The notes under the pieces: model-generated
What the model was told of the DNA's origin: nothing
Databases searched by the model: none
What the model saw: only the letters and a program-made list of their open reading frames with translations
Program-made: the position numbers and the translations under genes
From: Isurus oxyrinchus
Lineage: Eukaryota
DNA: 64,000 nt
Assembly: GCA_026770705.1 (NCBI GenBank)
Contig: JANJGN010000018.1
Coordinates: 69,626,001-69,690,000, forward strand
Direction: 5' to 3'
Shown here: positions 37,330 to 49,683 of the stretch, one piece after another
Layout of the letters: each line of letters opens with the position of its first letter
Position numbering within the stretch: position 1 is the stretch's first letter

Positions 37330-38250
37330 TCTCCTCTTTCTGCTCCTCAGGAATTGTTCAGAGAGACCCTGAGCTTTCTGCCTTTTTCCACCTATAGAAT
37401 GAAATCTCTGTTACACAACATGGTGAAGAGTGAGCACATCATGACCATTCTGGAGACCCTGGCTGGTGGATATTGCTCCAGGTCTGTCCAGGCACCTGAA
37501 ACACAGCAGCATGATATGGCATTCAATGTATTGCTCCTTGGCCTCATTCCTTGGGTTCAAGAGGTGGCATCAGTGGGTATCCATTGTCTCCGAGCAGCTA
37601 GCTAGTAACTTTACTTTCAGGTGCAGAGTCGTTTGGGAGGATTGACTGCCAGAGCAGAAAACAATTGCCTGAGAATCTTCTGCTGTCCCGTATAAAGATA
37701 TATTTGTAGTTGCTCACCATTTACACATTGATGAAGTGGAAGTACTTGGCAAACTCTGCTAAGTTATCTACAGGTACCTTAATGTGTAGTTGATGATGCC
37801 TTGTATCTGTGGGAGCCAACCAGAACGGCAAACCTGAGCTTTTGCTTATTCTGATTGCCATCATTGCAGACAAGGCTGACAATTCCTGGACCTGGCAAAA
37901 AAGTAATCAGTCACTCGGCTGATGTGTTTGTGGGCTGCTGACTGCAAGACCCTGCAAATGTTTCTAGCGGAGCCCAGGAAAGATGAAGGGTCAAAAAAGT
38001 TTAGCATGGTAGTGACTATGACAGTCGCTGTTAAAGTCTGGCCACTGTATTCAGCCAGCAGCAGGTCTTGTTTCAGAAGGCTGCAAATACATGCCACCAC
38101 CTGATGAGACACCCGGAGTCTCCTGAGATACTAGAGTTCTGAAGTGTTGATGAAACTTAACCTCTGCCTGTGTGCCAGGCATGGTTTCCTGTGAGCTGCA
38201 CCTTCCTGCTGATCCCCTCTTTACTGTGCAGCTCTGTTAGCAACAGGCTT
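37330..38250 (-). pseudogene. Harbinger (HARBI1-like) DDE transposase remnant
   Basis: VVACICSLL, VTTMLNFF..SSFLGSARNICRVLQSAAHKHISRVTDYFF, LLGDNGYP and CFRCLDRSG motifs. Confidence 0.8.
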
Positions 38251-38648
38251 ATTTGTACAGGTCCTCCTGCTCCTGTTGTTACTGCTAGTCACCTTGGTCC
38301 TCATCTGAGTTCCAAAGTAACACATAGTGAGCAGTACCCATCTGGGTATGAAAGAACAAGCCTCCAAAGTGTATATGATAACTCCAAATGTGTAAAGTAA
38401 TTCAGCACAAGAACAAAACTTTTCACACAAGCAGGTAAGAAAGCAACTGTGAATACACTGCACTTATTGTGTATTTTTCTGTCATGGCTTTAGCCCCCTT
38501 AAGTGCCACTTTCTTCTCACCTTGCTTTCACTGGAGAGTTCCAGAATGAAGCTATTGTTACAACCCACCCCTAGGTGAGGCTTCTCAAAGTTTTTGATCC
38601 AGGTGAGAACCCTTAAGTTGTCACCATCTGGCTAAGATACCCCCAAGT

Positions 38649-39359
38649 TGTTATGTGAGGAGGGATGAACTGGCTCCCTGTCTTTATTCAGCTCCCCATC
38701 TCCCACCACCCCCCCCCCCCCCCCCCTCACCCTCTCCCCTGCCTCTGTTGATGGAAACAAGATTTAATCTAAAAATAATTCCCTTTCGTGGATACCTTTT
38801 TCCCAGACCCAATCGCTCTGGTTTTGAAGGAGCCAATTCGATCAAACTTTCTTGAGTTAAAGGCAAGAGTAAGTTTATTACCTACTAAAAGCAAGATAAA
38901 ACACATTGCAATTCGAGATTCCAGTAGAATTGACTCCGGTAGACAAATAGTCGGATTCGATGTTCCAGTATATTTGACTCCGGCAGATGAATAGTCGGTT
39001 TCGAAGTTCCAGTAGTGTTGAATTTGATAAAGAGGGAGAGGGATCGGGATACCTGCAAAATGGCAATTTGCAGGGGTACTATGAGTGTGGCTGTTACTTC
39101 CGAGTCAAACTTCCAGCACTTGCTCTGTCTCAGAACACCAACCAACAGGCAGACACTTTTCAGCTCACTTTTAACCCCTCCTTTGTATATTCCAAGTGGG
39201 AAGCAAATTCACAAATCTGTCTGGGCATTGCTCACAGGATTTCTTGATGAGATGATCCTCATCTCCTATTATGTCCCATTGTCTCTACTGGAGGGAGCAA
39301 ATGAATTCTGGATGTCTTTAGAAGTACCTTGCCTGCCAACAGGGTGGGGTTTCATTACC
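38649..39359 (-). mobile_element. Probable solo LTR with an internal 44-bp tandem repeat
   Basis: TGTTAT...ATTACC termini; minus-strand AATAAA (~38875) and TATA-like site (~39187). No TSD found. Confidence 0.5.
38911..39015. repeat. 44-bp tandem repeat, ~2.4 copies
   Basis: Units start at 38911, 38955 and 38999 (ttcga..ttccagta...ttgactccgg.aga..aatagtcgg). Confidence 0.9.
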
Positions 39360-40124
39360 TCTTAGGGAGTTGCCCTGCAGCATTTCAGCCTGTGGCTTGT
39401 GTGCATTTTTAAGATAAGTTAAGTCCAATATTTCTGGATGCAATTTGATGTTTTTGCTTCATTATCCTGATACAGTGGAACCAAAGTTAAGCTCTAAAAC
39501 CACTATTAATATCATTTTAATTAACCTACTAACATAATGAAATGGACCACCCACTACTCCATATAGGGTTGCTTGCACACAACTTTAAGCAGAAGTCAGC
39601 AGGTCGGAGCCAGCTTCTCAACAGATTGGTAATTTTCCTGGTTTTAATCTTCTACCTGCACTCAAAACCACAGACTCTTCCACATTAAAATTCAACCCAG
39701 AGCCTTTGCATACTTTGAGAAGTAATTAGTATATTAATATCCTGTGCCTGATTCTCTATTTTGTGCCTATTACATAGTTTAGGTTGTTCACCTTTTATCA
39801 GAATATCCTCTTTCTATTACAATACAAAGAGAAGACCTTACAGTTGTACTCTCTCTGCAGCTATATTTTTTCCAGTTCTATCTCTGCCTCTGTGACCATC
39901 CTTTTAAAATGTTTTTACATCCCAATTTGATCCCCTCACCTACTTCACTGCAGGTTTCAAATAAATTGTTTTCTCCTTTGCATTTCACTTCTGGTTAATC
40001 TGCTAATCCCTACAGTAATGCTAATTTAAACTACAATTGCCAATCCTGGGGATGTTTTTATCTTGCATGCTCAAAATTATGCTTTTAAAGCTGTTCCAGT
40101 TGTTTCCCGCTGATGTGTTGTTAC

Positions 40125-40930
40125 AAAGTTACAAAGTATTTTCAGCACAGACACAGGCCATTTGGCCCAACAGATCCTTGCTGGTGTCCATGTTCCACTT
40201 GGAGCTCGGGACCCCCATTTGGTCTTGACATTGGGGTCCCAAAGCTGCAGGAAAATTGAGCCTGTTTTCTCCATGTTTACCCCTTCAAACTTTTTCATAA
40301 ACTTAAAAGACTTTCATCAGATCACTTCACAATCTTCGCTTTTCTAGAGAAAAGAGCCCCAACCTGTTCAATTTGTCCTGATTGCTTTAACTTCTTAGTT
40401 CTGCTATAATTCTTATAGGTCTTTTTTGTACCTTCTTCAGTGTCTCTATGTCCATATTATTAAACAGAGTACAGAATTGTTCATAGTACTCCAAGTGTAG
40501 CCTCACCAATGTTCCATGCAAGTTTAATACAACTTCTCTGCATTTCAATTCTATCACTGTAATAATGAACATCAGTGCTTTGTTTGCTTTTTTTATGACC
40601 ACATTAACCTGAATCCACGACTTTTCGTAATCTGTGTAGCTGTACTCCCAGATCCCTCTGTTCCTCTACCCCACTTAGACCCTTATTTTCCAAGGAGGAT
40701 ACTCTTCCTACTAAATCATACAGCCACACATCTATCCATAAGGGTGACACCCAATTTCACGTCATGGACAAATTTTGAAATTCTATTTCTGATTCCCTAG
40801 TCGAAGTCATTTATGTAAATGCTGAACATCAATAATCCCAGCAACAATCCTTGTGGAACACCACTTCCCACTATTTGCCACATTAAGTGACTACCTTTAA
40901 CTCCTACTCTGTTTTTGTTTTGCAAACAGC
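40125..40930 (-). mobile_element. Old CR1 family A 3' portion
   Basis: IKKANKAL...LVRLHLEY..QF; GVPQGLLLG remnant at ~40840-40865. Confidence 0.8.
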
Positions 40931-40964
40931 TTATTGGACAGACAGTCCTAATCAATTCTTAAAA

Positions 40965-43050
40965 ATTCTTTCAGTGGATGTGGGCGTCACTGGCTAGGTC
41001 AGCATTTATTGCCCATCCCTAGCTGTCCTTGAGAAGGTGATGGTGCGCCACCTTTCTGAACCACTGCAGTCCATGTGGCGTAGGAACACCCACAGTGCTG
41101 TTAGGCAGCAAGTTCCAGGATTTTGACTCAGCGATAGTGAAGGGACATTTCCAAGTCAGGATGGTGTGTGGCTTGGAGGGGAACTTCCAGGTGGTGGTGT
41201 TCCCATGCATCTGCTGCCCTTGACATTCTAGGTGGTACAGGTCATGGGTATGGAAGGTGCTATCGAAGAAGCCTTGGTGAGTTGCTGCAGTGCACCTTGT
41301 AGATGGTACACACTGCTGCTACTGTGCATAGATGGTGGAGGGAGTGAACATTGAAGGTGGTGAATGGGGTGCCAATCAAGTGGGCTGCTTTGTATTGCAC
41401 GGTGTCAAGGTTCTTGAGTGTTGTTAGAGCTGCACTCATCCAGGCAAGTGGAGAGTATTCCATCACACTCCTGACTTGTGCCTTGTAGATGGTGGACAGG
41501 CCTTGAGTAGTCAGGAGGTGAGTTATTCGCCACAGAATTCCCAGCCTCTAACCTGCACTTGTAGCCACAGTATTTATATGGCTGGTCCAGTTCAGTTTCT
41601 TGTCAATAATAAACCCCAGGATGTTGATAGTGGGGGATTCAGCAATTGTAATGCCACTGAACATCAAGTGGAAATAGTTACATTATCTCTTGTTGGAGAT
41701 GGTCATTGCCTGGCACTTCTGTGGAGCGAATATTACTTGCCATTTATCCGCCCAAGTTGTCCAGGTCTTGCTGCATATGGGCACAGACTGCTTCACTGTC
41801 TGAGGAGTCACAAATGGTGCTGAACGTCGTGCAATCATCAGCAAACATCCCCACTTCTGACCTTATGATGGAGGGAAGGTCACTGACGAAGCAGCTAAAG
41901 ATAGTTGGCCTGGGACACTACCCTGAAGAACTCCTGCAGTGATGTCCTGGGACTGAAGTGATTGACATCCAACAACCACAACCATCTTACTTTGTGCTTG
42001 GTATGACTCCAACCAGTGGAGAGTTTTGCCCTGATTCCCATTGACTCCAGTTTTGCTAGGGCTCCTTGATGCTGCACTCAATCAAAGGCTGCTTAGATGT
42101 CAAGGGCAGTCACTCTCACCTCACTTCTTGAGATCAACTCTTTTGTCCATGTTTGGACTAAGACTGTATTAAGGTCAGGAGCTGTGTGGCTCTGGCAGAA
42201 CCCAAACTGAGCATCAGTGAGCAGGTTATTGCTAAGTAAGTGCCTTTTGATAGCACTGTCAATGACCCCTTCCATCACTCTGCTGATGATCGAGAGTAGT
42301 GTGATGGGGTCATAACTGGCCAGGTTGGATTTGTCCTGTTTGTTGTGTACAGGATATACCTGGGCAGTTTTCCACATAGCCAGGTGGGTGCCAGTGTAGC
42401 TGCACTGGAACAGCTTGGCTTGAGGTGAAGCTAGTTCTGAAGCAGAAGTCTTCAGCACTATTGCTGGAATGTTGTCAGGGCCCATAGCCTTTGCAGCATC
42501 CAGTGCCTTCAGTTGTTTCTTAATATGATATGGAGTGAATCGAATTGACTGAAGACTGGCATCTATGATGCTGGGGATCTCCGGAGGAGGCTGAGATGGA
42601 TCATCCACTGGCACTTCTGGCTAAGGATTGTTGCGAACACTTAAACCTTGTCTTTTGCACTGATGTGCTGGGCTCCTCCATCATTGAGGATGGGGATATT
42701 TGTGGAGCCTCCTCCTCCAATTAGTTGTTTAATTGTCCACCACCGTTCACAACTGGATGTGGCAGGACTGCAGAGCTTAGATCTAATCTGTTGGTTGTGG
42801 AATCGCTCAGCTCTGTTTATTGCTTGCTGCTTTCACTGTTATGCAAGTAGTCCTGTGTTGTAGCTTCACCAGGTTGACACCTCATTTTTAGGTATGCTAG
42901 GCATTGCTCCTTGCATGCCCTCCTACACTGAACCATGGTCAGCTCGGTCAATAGTGGTGCTACCGAGCCACTCTTGGTGATAGATTTTGAATTTCCCCAC
43001 CAGAGTACATTCTGTGCCCTAATCACCCTTAGTGCTTCCTCTAAGTGGAA
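40965..43050 (-). mobile_element. Family-B LINE, 5'-truncated, with internal deletions
   Basis: KAMGPDNIPAIVLKT, DAQFGF, RVTALDI and MEYSPLAW motifs; family-B 3' UTR. Confidence 0.9.
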
Positions 43051-43922
43051 GTTTGAGCTCTTGAAATTAGCTCTGTTTAAAATAGCATATTGTCCTTGCT
43101 TTCAGCAACATTTTGGTAACATTAAAATAGTAATGTTTCTTTAGGTAGTTGTAATATTATTGGCTTTCAAAATTTCATCTCCCCACAAGCATTGCATTTT
43201 TATTTTAACAGAATTTTTTGCCTGTACTTTTTTCTTGCATTGGAAAATTCCATTGAAGGTAGTGAAGACCTGAAGTGTTTTTCCTTCTGGGACAACCTTA
43301 ACACAATGTCTAGAATTTCCTTCCATGATATCTTATGGATAGATTATGATGAACGTAACAAATGATTATTATTTTTCTTGAGTCTCATTTGAACCCAGAC
43401 TTCCAGAAGTGCAAACAGTATATGAATATGTATGAAGTGTTTCCAGAAATTGATTTTTTTTTTCTGCCGACTTTTGGGATTCTGCCGAGCTAATATTTAG
43501 TCCTAACAATAAACTGTCAGCTTACATCATCTTGTTCAGAATGAGTATCTGTGCTGCTACATGTTCTGCATGTTTTGAGTTTCCAGAGAAAAGAGCATTG
43601 AGGCCAGAACTATAGCTGTCCGGATGGACCGCCTTATCCCAAGCTACTTCAACACTGCTTCTTTTTGTTTCAGATATAAATTTGTGTCTCTCTCAATAAA
43701 CTAAATATTAAGTTGAGAGTAGAATGAATTCCACTTACCATTACTTCAGAGAAGTATCCTTCTAGCAGAATCCAATATCTGTTGCCCTGTGAATATAGGA
43801 GAAAAATTGATATTGGTACTAAACAGCACCAATGGTTATTTGAAAAGCTCACTAATGTGAAGAAGTGGTTAAATTTTTCAAAGTGCTTCCTATTACGGGT
43901 TGCCTTGCCAAGTTCATTGGCT

Positions 43923-44590
43923 CAAAAACAAAAATTGCTGGAAAAACTCAGCAGGTCTGACAGCATCTGTGGAGAGAAAGACAGAGTTAACGCTTTGAGT
44001 CCGGATGACCCTTCTTCAAAACTAAAGAGAAGTAGAAATGTGGTGAAATATATACTGTCTAAGGGGGTGGGTGGGACAGGTGAAGCTGGATAGAAGGCCA
44101 GTGATAGGTGGAGGTAAAGGAGAGATTGCAAAATGTGTCATAAACAAAAGGTCGAAGGGATGTTGATGGTGGTGATATTGGTTGATAGAAGTGCTAATGG
44201 TGACATTAAGAGTAGAAAGCAGGACGAGCAAGTGACAGACGGCCCTAGTGGGGGTGGGGTGGGGGGAGGGGATGGTGTGGGAGAAAAGATCAACATAGGC
44301 CAAAAGGTGGGGATAAAACAATGAATGGAAATAAATTTTAAAAATAATAATGGAAATAGGTGGGAAAAAATGTATATATAAAAATTTAAAAACAAATATT
44401 TGAAAAAAGGAGATCAAAAATGGGTGAGAATGGAGGAGAGAGTTCATGTCTGAAGTTGTTGAACTCAATGTTAAGTCCGGAAGGCTGTAAAGTGCCTAGT
44501 CGGAAGATGAGGTGCTGTTCCTCCAGTTTGCGTTAAGCTTCACTGGAACATTGCAGCAGGCCAAGGGTGAACATGTGGCCATGAGAGCAG
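43923..44590 (-). mobile_element. PLE 3' fragment (EN C-terminus + pseudo-LTR, degenerate hammerhead at ~43985-44023)
   Basis: Encodes ..EEQHLIFRLGTLQPSGLNIEFNNF on the minus strand; terminus homologous to 10428-10500. Confidence 0.88.
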
Positions 44591-44594
44591 AAAT

Positions 44595-45420
44595 TAACAA
44601 TAATAACTGGCATATATAAACTATTTTTCATTGGAGAAAAATATTCCGAAATGTTTCACAGAAGTGTTAACAAAAATTGGTGCCAAGCCAAAAAAGTGAT
44701 ATTAGAAACCAAAATTTTGGTCAAAGAGATGAGATTTAAGGAGAATCTTAACATAGGAGATGGAAGTGAGATGGAGAGATTTAGGGAGGGAAACCTGTAG
44801 TGTGTGGCCTAGGCAGTTGAAACCACAGTCATTGATGGTAAGAAAGATGGAGAAGAGAATGGATGCGACGCCAGTTGGAAGAATAGAGAGTTTGGGGGAG
44901 GGTGTGGTATAATTTAAGAGGTTTTAAGAAATGAGAGGAAGTTAAAAACATGGTGAGGTCAAAAGACAATTGCAAATTTGTGGTGTTGGGCAACTGGTGT
45001 TAGCATCTAATAGGTTCTGTTTAACGAATGCTAAATATCCAGTACTTAACGGTATTAAGGTGAACAGGTGCTGGATGTTGACTTGTTAATGATACTGAAT
45101 TGTATCTGTGGAAGAATCAACCAACACAGGCTATCTGGTGTGTTAGAGAAGGGAAACATCAGCTCTGTGGTGAGTAATAAAATGGTCTACTTAAGTATCT
45201 TGGTCTTTGTGTATCTTTCACATCTAGGTTTGAGAGTTAGCCAACAACTGAGAGTAAATTAGTGAGAACAGGAGGTGATTGATGAATGGGTCTCAACAAT
45301 GGATATAGAATCTAGACAGAGCTTTCAGTAATCTGAAAATTTTGGAGGGTGGGGGATAGGAGACTGTCAAGGACAGTATTGGAATAGTCAAGTCTGGAGA
45401 TTATATAAGTATGAAAGAGA
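44595..45420 (-). mobile_element. Ancient L2 3' region
   Basis: Decayed ISRLDYSNTVLD-like motif at ~45370-45405 and an L2-type tail at 44595-44800. Confidence 0.5.
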
Positions 45421-46708
45421 CATTCCAGTGCTGAATGCATTTTACTTTTTAATGTTAAATTTTAATGGTGGAGACTATATGATGATAACAGCACTGGATA
45501 TGAAAAGTCATTCTGAATAGTAGTCACAGTCTTGTTAATATTGCAGCAATGACCTCTTGATCCACTCTGATTACTGGTGGGCCTTGTAAGGCCAGGTGTT
45601 ATTAACTCTTATGGCACTTATAACAATTAGTTTGGTGTTTGTCTATCATGAGTGTGTCACTGTAGTTTCCCCTCTAGGTTTTGTTTCTATGTGATATGGA
45701 TCAGGAGTGGCTGATATAGAATCAACTGAAGATGGGCTTCCAGATACCTTCTCTGGAATGGCCCCAGTGCAATACATTATGTGAAGTGGGCATTAATTGG
45801 CCAGTGGTATGTGTTGGAAATACACCTGCTCACTAAAGCATCCTTTTCACCCATGCATCTTGGATAGTAAAAGTTTAGTAATGTATTGCATATTTGTGAA
45901 GTGCACTATTCCAATGTTAGGTTCACTGCTTTTAACACTATTGGAAGTCATGCAATTCCCAAAGTGCTTCCATTTGTTAGGGCAACATAATTAAATAAAA
46001 ACAAAAGACATCTGGCAAATGGATTGATGGCATTTTGGGTGCAATTTTTTGACCTTGATTGTTGTCATGTCACTTTAATGAAAAGTAGAAGTCCTGTCAC
46101 ATGAGGTTAATATCTTGTGTGAAGTTAGTCAATAATAAACTACTAGTAAGCTGGGATTCTTCCCAATTGCAGTTATTAAAACTTGTAATAAATTCCACCA
46201 AGTGATACTGGTAATTTTACAGTAAAAGATTTGTGACTATTAATAGTGTTACTATTTATTGGAACATCCACAGACTAATACAAATAAGTGGAATAAAACT
46301 ATGTACTTATTGTGAAGTACACATCAATCATTGACCCTATGAATTTTGTATTCTGGCATTGCTGCTTGTAGTTTGGTTCCATGTACAAGAGGACAGTTGT
46401 TCTGGGCTGGTGCAGTGACATGGAACACAATGTTGTTTCATTACTGAGGCAGAAGAAATTAGTTTGCTCTTGCTCTAGGCAGTTGCAGCTCACTCTTGGA
46501 GAAAACAAGCCAGTCTGTTAACAGTCAGGATTTATCCAGGGACGGACAGTGACACAAAAGAGAAAACCCACAGGAAGTGCTGCAACCTATACCAAGCACA
46601 TTCTGTCCAGGTGGATAAGTGACAATAGGGTTTTCAGTGAGACTTGGTGTAACGGATGTGACACCCTCTTTGAGACTGCCAACTTTCAGCAGCTTGACTT
46701 TGCAAAGA

Positions 46709-46752
46709 ATGGACTCTTGTGATAATGAGGTTGGAATCTTCACAGTTATTCA
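46709..46752 (+). CDS. Candidate first coding exon of an unidentified host gene (MDSCDNEVGIFTVI + phase 2)
   Basis: Strong Kozak context (AGAATGG) and consensus donor CA|GTAAGT at 46752/46753, in a repeat-poor island. No homology recognised. Confidence 0.3.
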
Positions 46753-49683
46753 GTAAGTATATTATTTTCACTAGATTATGTGTAATCTGTTTCTATCTTT
46801 CGGAAGGATTGCTTGTAGAATGCCGGCTAAGCTGAGTGGTTGTTAAATTGCTAAAGAGGCACCGCCTAAGAAGTAACCAATGTCTGACTCATATATATAT
46901 ATTTTTACTTTTGTACAGGAAAATCCCTTTGTTAATACATACAATTGTTAACTTAATTTTAATTCTGAATAAATGGCATTGTGTATTAATCTAAGGAGTA
47001 CTTCTCAGCAAGAGTTCAGCTTCCTGCTATGAATGTACTTTGTTTTCAGTATCAGACAGGCAGAAAGATGTAACTGTTGTAATTTCAATTTTTAAAAAAT
47101 CTCTGAAGTTGCTATATTTTGGGTGTTTGTGTTTTATCCGAGTAACAGATGTTACATCCATATTGTAATTGACAGTACTGAAGGCTGGGGGCAGGGGGGG
47201 CAGTAGCGGACCAAGTTTCTAGAATGGTAAAAATGGAATAAGGATTTGTTTCTTATTGTAATGAAGACTGAGTTTGTATCAGCATTAATAAATGTAATTT
47301 AGAAAGTACAATGCAGACCAACAGTAAGAATAGCATTCATGTTTAATAATGCCAGCAAACAAAGTGTCAAAAAGATATACATGAAATAATGAGAACACCA
47401 AAGCATATTGTAACTGTTAGACTGCATACAGAATGACCTGCTTAAAAGCTGGCTCAAGAATGATAAATGATTGCAGGCATATTTCAGAACCTATCGTTTG
47501 TGGTGTGCATTGGCTTTGAAAACCTCAGCAATCTTCACTTAGCAGTTGCAATGGATTGGATTAAAATCAATTAAAATGCTCAAAGTGCAACATAAACTCC
47601 CTACATGGGGCAAAAGGGGGAAGATAATTAGGTCAAATTCCAACAGAACTAAATTTGAATCCAAGTAAATAAATATCTAATTGATTTTTTTTAACTACTT
47701 CACTTCGCCCTCTTGCAAGGAGATTAAAAATATAATAAAACAGAACCTTAAAAGGACACTACTGCTGTGAATGGTTCTTTCGTGTAAGCAGCTGGGAGTT
47801 GAAAGTACTGCTGCAGTGGTTACAAGAGAACAGAGAGAACTTTACTTTATATCTTAATTGTCCTGGAAGTATTTATATTGTATATTAGGTACAAAAAAAA
47901 ATGAAAAAAATTATATTCCTGAGACTGATGTCTTTAACCTTGATAGCATAAAATTCTCTTATACCCTAAAGTCAAATCCTGCAATTTGTAGGCCACAGCA
48001 TTAAACTATTGACACAAAAGCTATAGAAACAGTCAATAGTGCACTGAAATGCTCAAAAGCCCGTGGGCATTATTACACAGTCAAGGTTACTTCTGTATAA
48101 ATTCTTCCAGATCACTGGTGAGGACACATTTGGTGAAACTTGAAAGAACTTCTCTAAATGTTCTCCAATGTAGCAAAGAGAAAGGTTTTGGAATTTGCAT
48201 CTCTCAAGCTACAAGGACATATCTGAGCCCAAAGTTTTGAAGGGAAATTAATGGAAGTCTTTTGAATGCAGAAAAGATGGACATCCAAGCAAGTCATGTG
48301 CCTTGAAGTGTGAATGAAAAACCAGAAGGCACAAATGTAAAATGAACAAACCATGAGCAACATTGGTTAGCTTAATATACACCTGGTTAGGACCAGGATT
48401 GGGAATTTTACAAATGAATTTAGAAGATCCTGGGACATAACAGTACCTACGAGCTAAAAACAGGAAGGACTGGAAATATGCAACAGATCAGGCAGCATCC
48501 GTGAAGAGAGAAACAGCTGCTTTTGAATCAAATGCGACTCTTCAAAACTAATTGAGAAATAATTATCTGGTATTTGTGCCAGTCTGACTTTATATTTTCC
48601 TTTGTACATAATGGGTGGAGTCTTAAATAGTCATGAGAAGTTTTTAATTTTTTTTTTAGCTTGCTTGTTTAGATCAGTACTCTTGTTATTCCATTTAAAT
48701 GTTTTTATTAAAATATGTTTTGGAAAAATTGGTGGCCAGTTTCTCTCACTCCTTGGGACAAGCTTGCTGATAAAATTTTGTGGTTGAGTTAGTACATCTC
48801 CAGAGAGAGAGAGAGAGAGACTATGTCTCAGGGAGAGCATCAGGCCATCATTTTTATCTCCTATCTCACTGAACACCATTGCACCCGAATCCAACATTAG
48901 CACATGGGGACATTTCTCAAAGTGTATGGACTCATTATTTATGGGTTCAACTTGAGTCCCTTGAAACTATGGGAATGTGGTAAGACTTAAGCTGTAAATC
49001 TTAACCTATATGAGATATGGTTATACATGAAATGCATTGAAAGAGCTTTCTGGTTGTGTGAATGCTCAGCATGGTGAGCAGTAAATGTGGATGAGGTTGA
49101 CAGGTTTCACTTTGTGGCATGTGCCATCTACCTGCTGTATGGCACTTAATTTTATCATGCCAGATTCTTTAAAGATGCTGGCTTTACCTTTACTCTCTCT
49201 TTTTACCCTGCCACCTTTTACACTCCACCCTCCTCATAAAGCCTTTGGGAAGGCTGACAAGTATTTGTAAACTATTTTCAGCCATTCTAAAGCCTGTTAG
49301 AATTATGCTTATGATGTTGTAGGTTAAGATAGACTTAGGGAAAATTGCTCTATTTGCAATATGTAGCAGAATTTTCAATGTGAGTAAATGTGAAATAAAC
49401 ATTTATGATTTTGCCACAAGCAACACAGAAGAAATCTTCCCTTTTTGGGGATCAGAGAATATTAAATGTCAATTTGCCTGTGGTGCACCATACTTCACCT
49501 TGAAGTTCTCGATCCCCAAAGTGGAGAATGCTAATGTATTTTGATAGACCAGGATTGACATACTTTACTATGATTACAAAAATTCTTCCATCTCCCCAAA
49601 AGTGACATAATATACACACAACATATATGATTTATAGCATAAGATACTGCATGTGAATTGAATATTTTTCGTCATTTCAAGGT

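Larger units (their letters stand above)
34797..39698. mobile_element. Fossil PIF/Harbinger transposon (putative Myb/SANT-type gene on +, transposase on -), with nested inserts
   Basis: Termini GGCCCTGGATTTTAAT / ATTAAAATTCAACCC; transposase remnant at 37330-38250; candidate spliced ORF remnant at ~35040-36240. Confidence 0.55.

Noticed and set aside
38911-39015. Regularly spaced repeats as a CRISPR-like array
   Set aside because: Head-to-tail tandem units with no unique spacers, eukaryotic context, no cas genes.
45678-45790. Possible exon after tttcccctctag
   Set aside because: All three frames hit stops early and the donor is weak; could only be non-coding.
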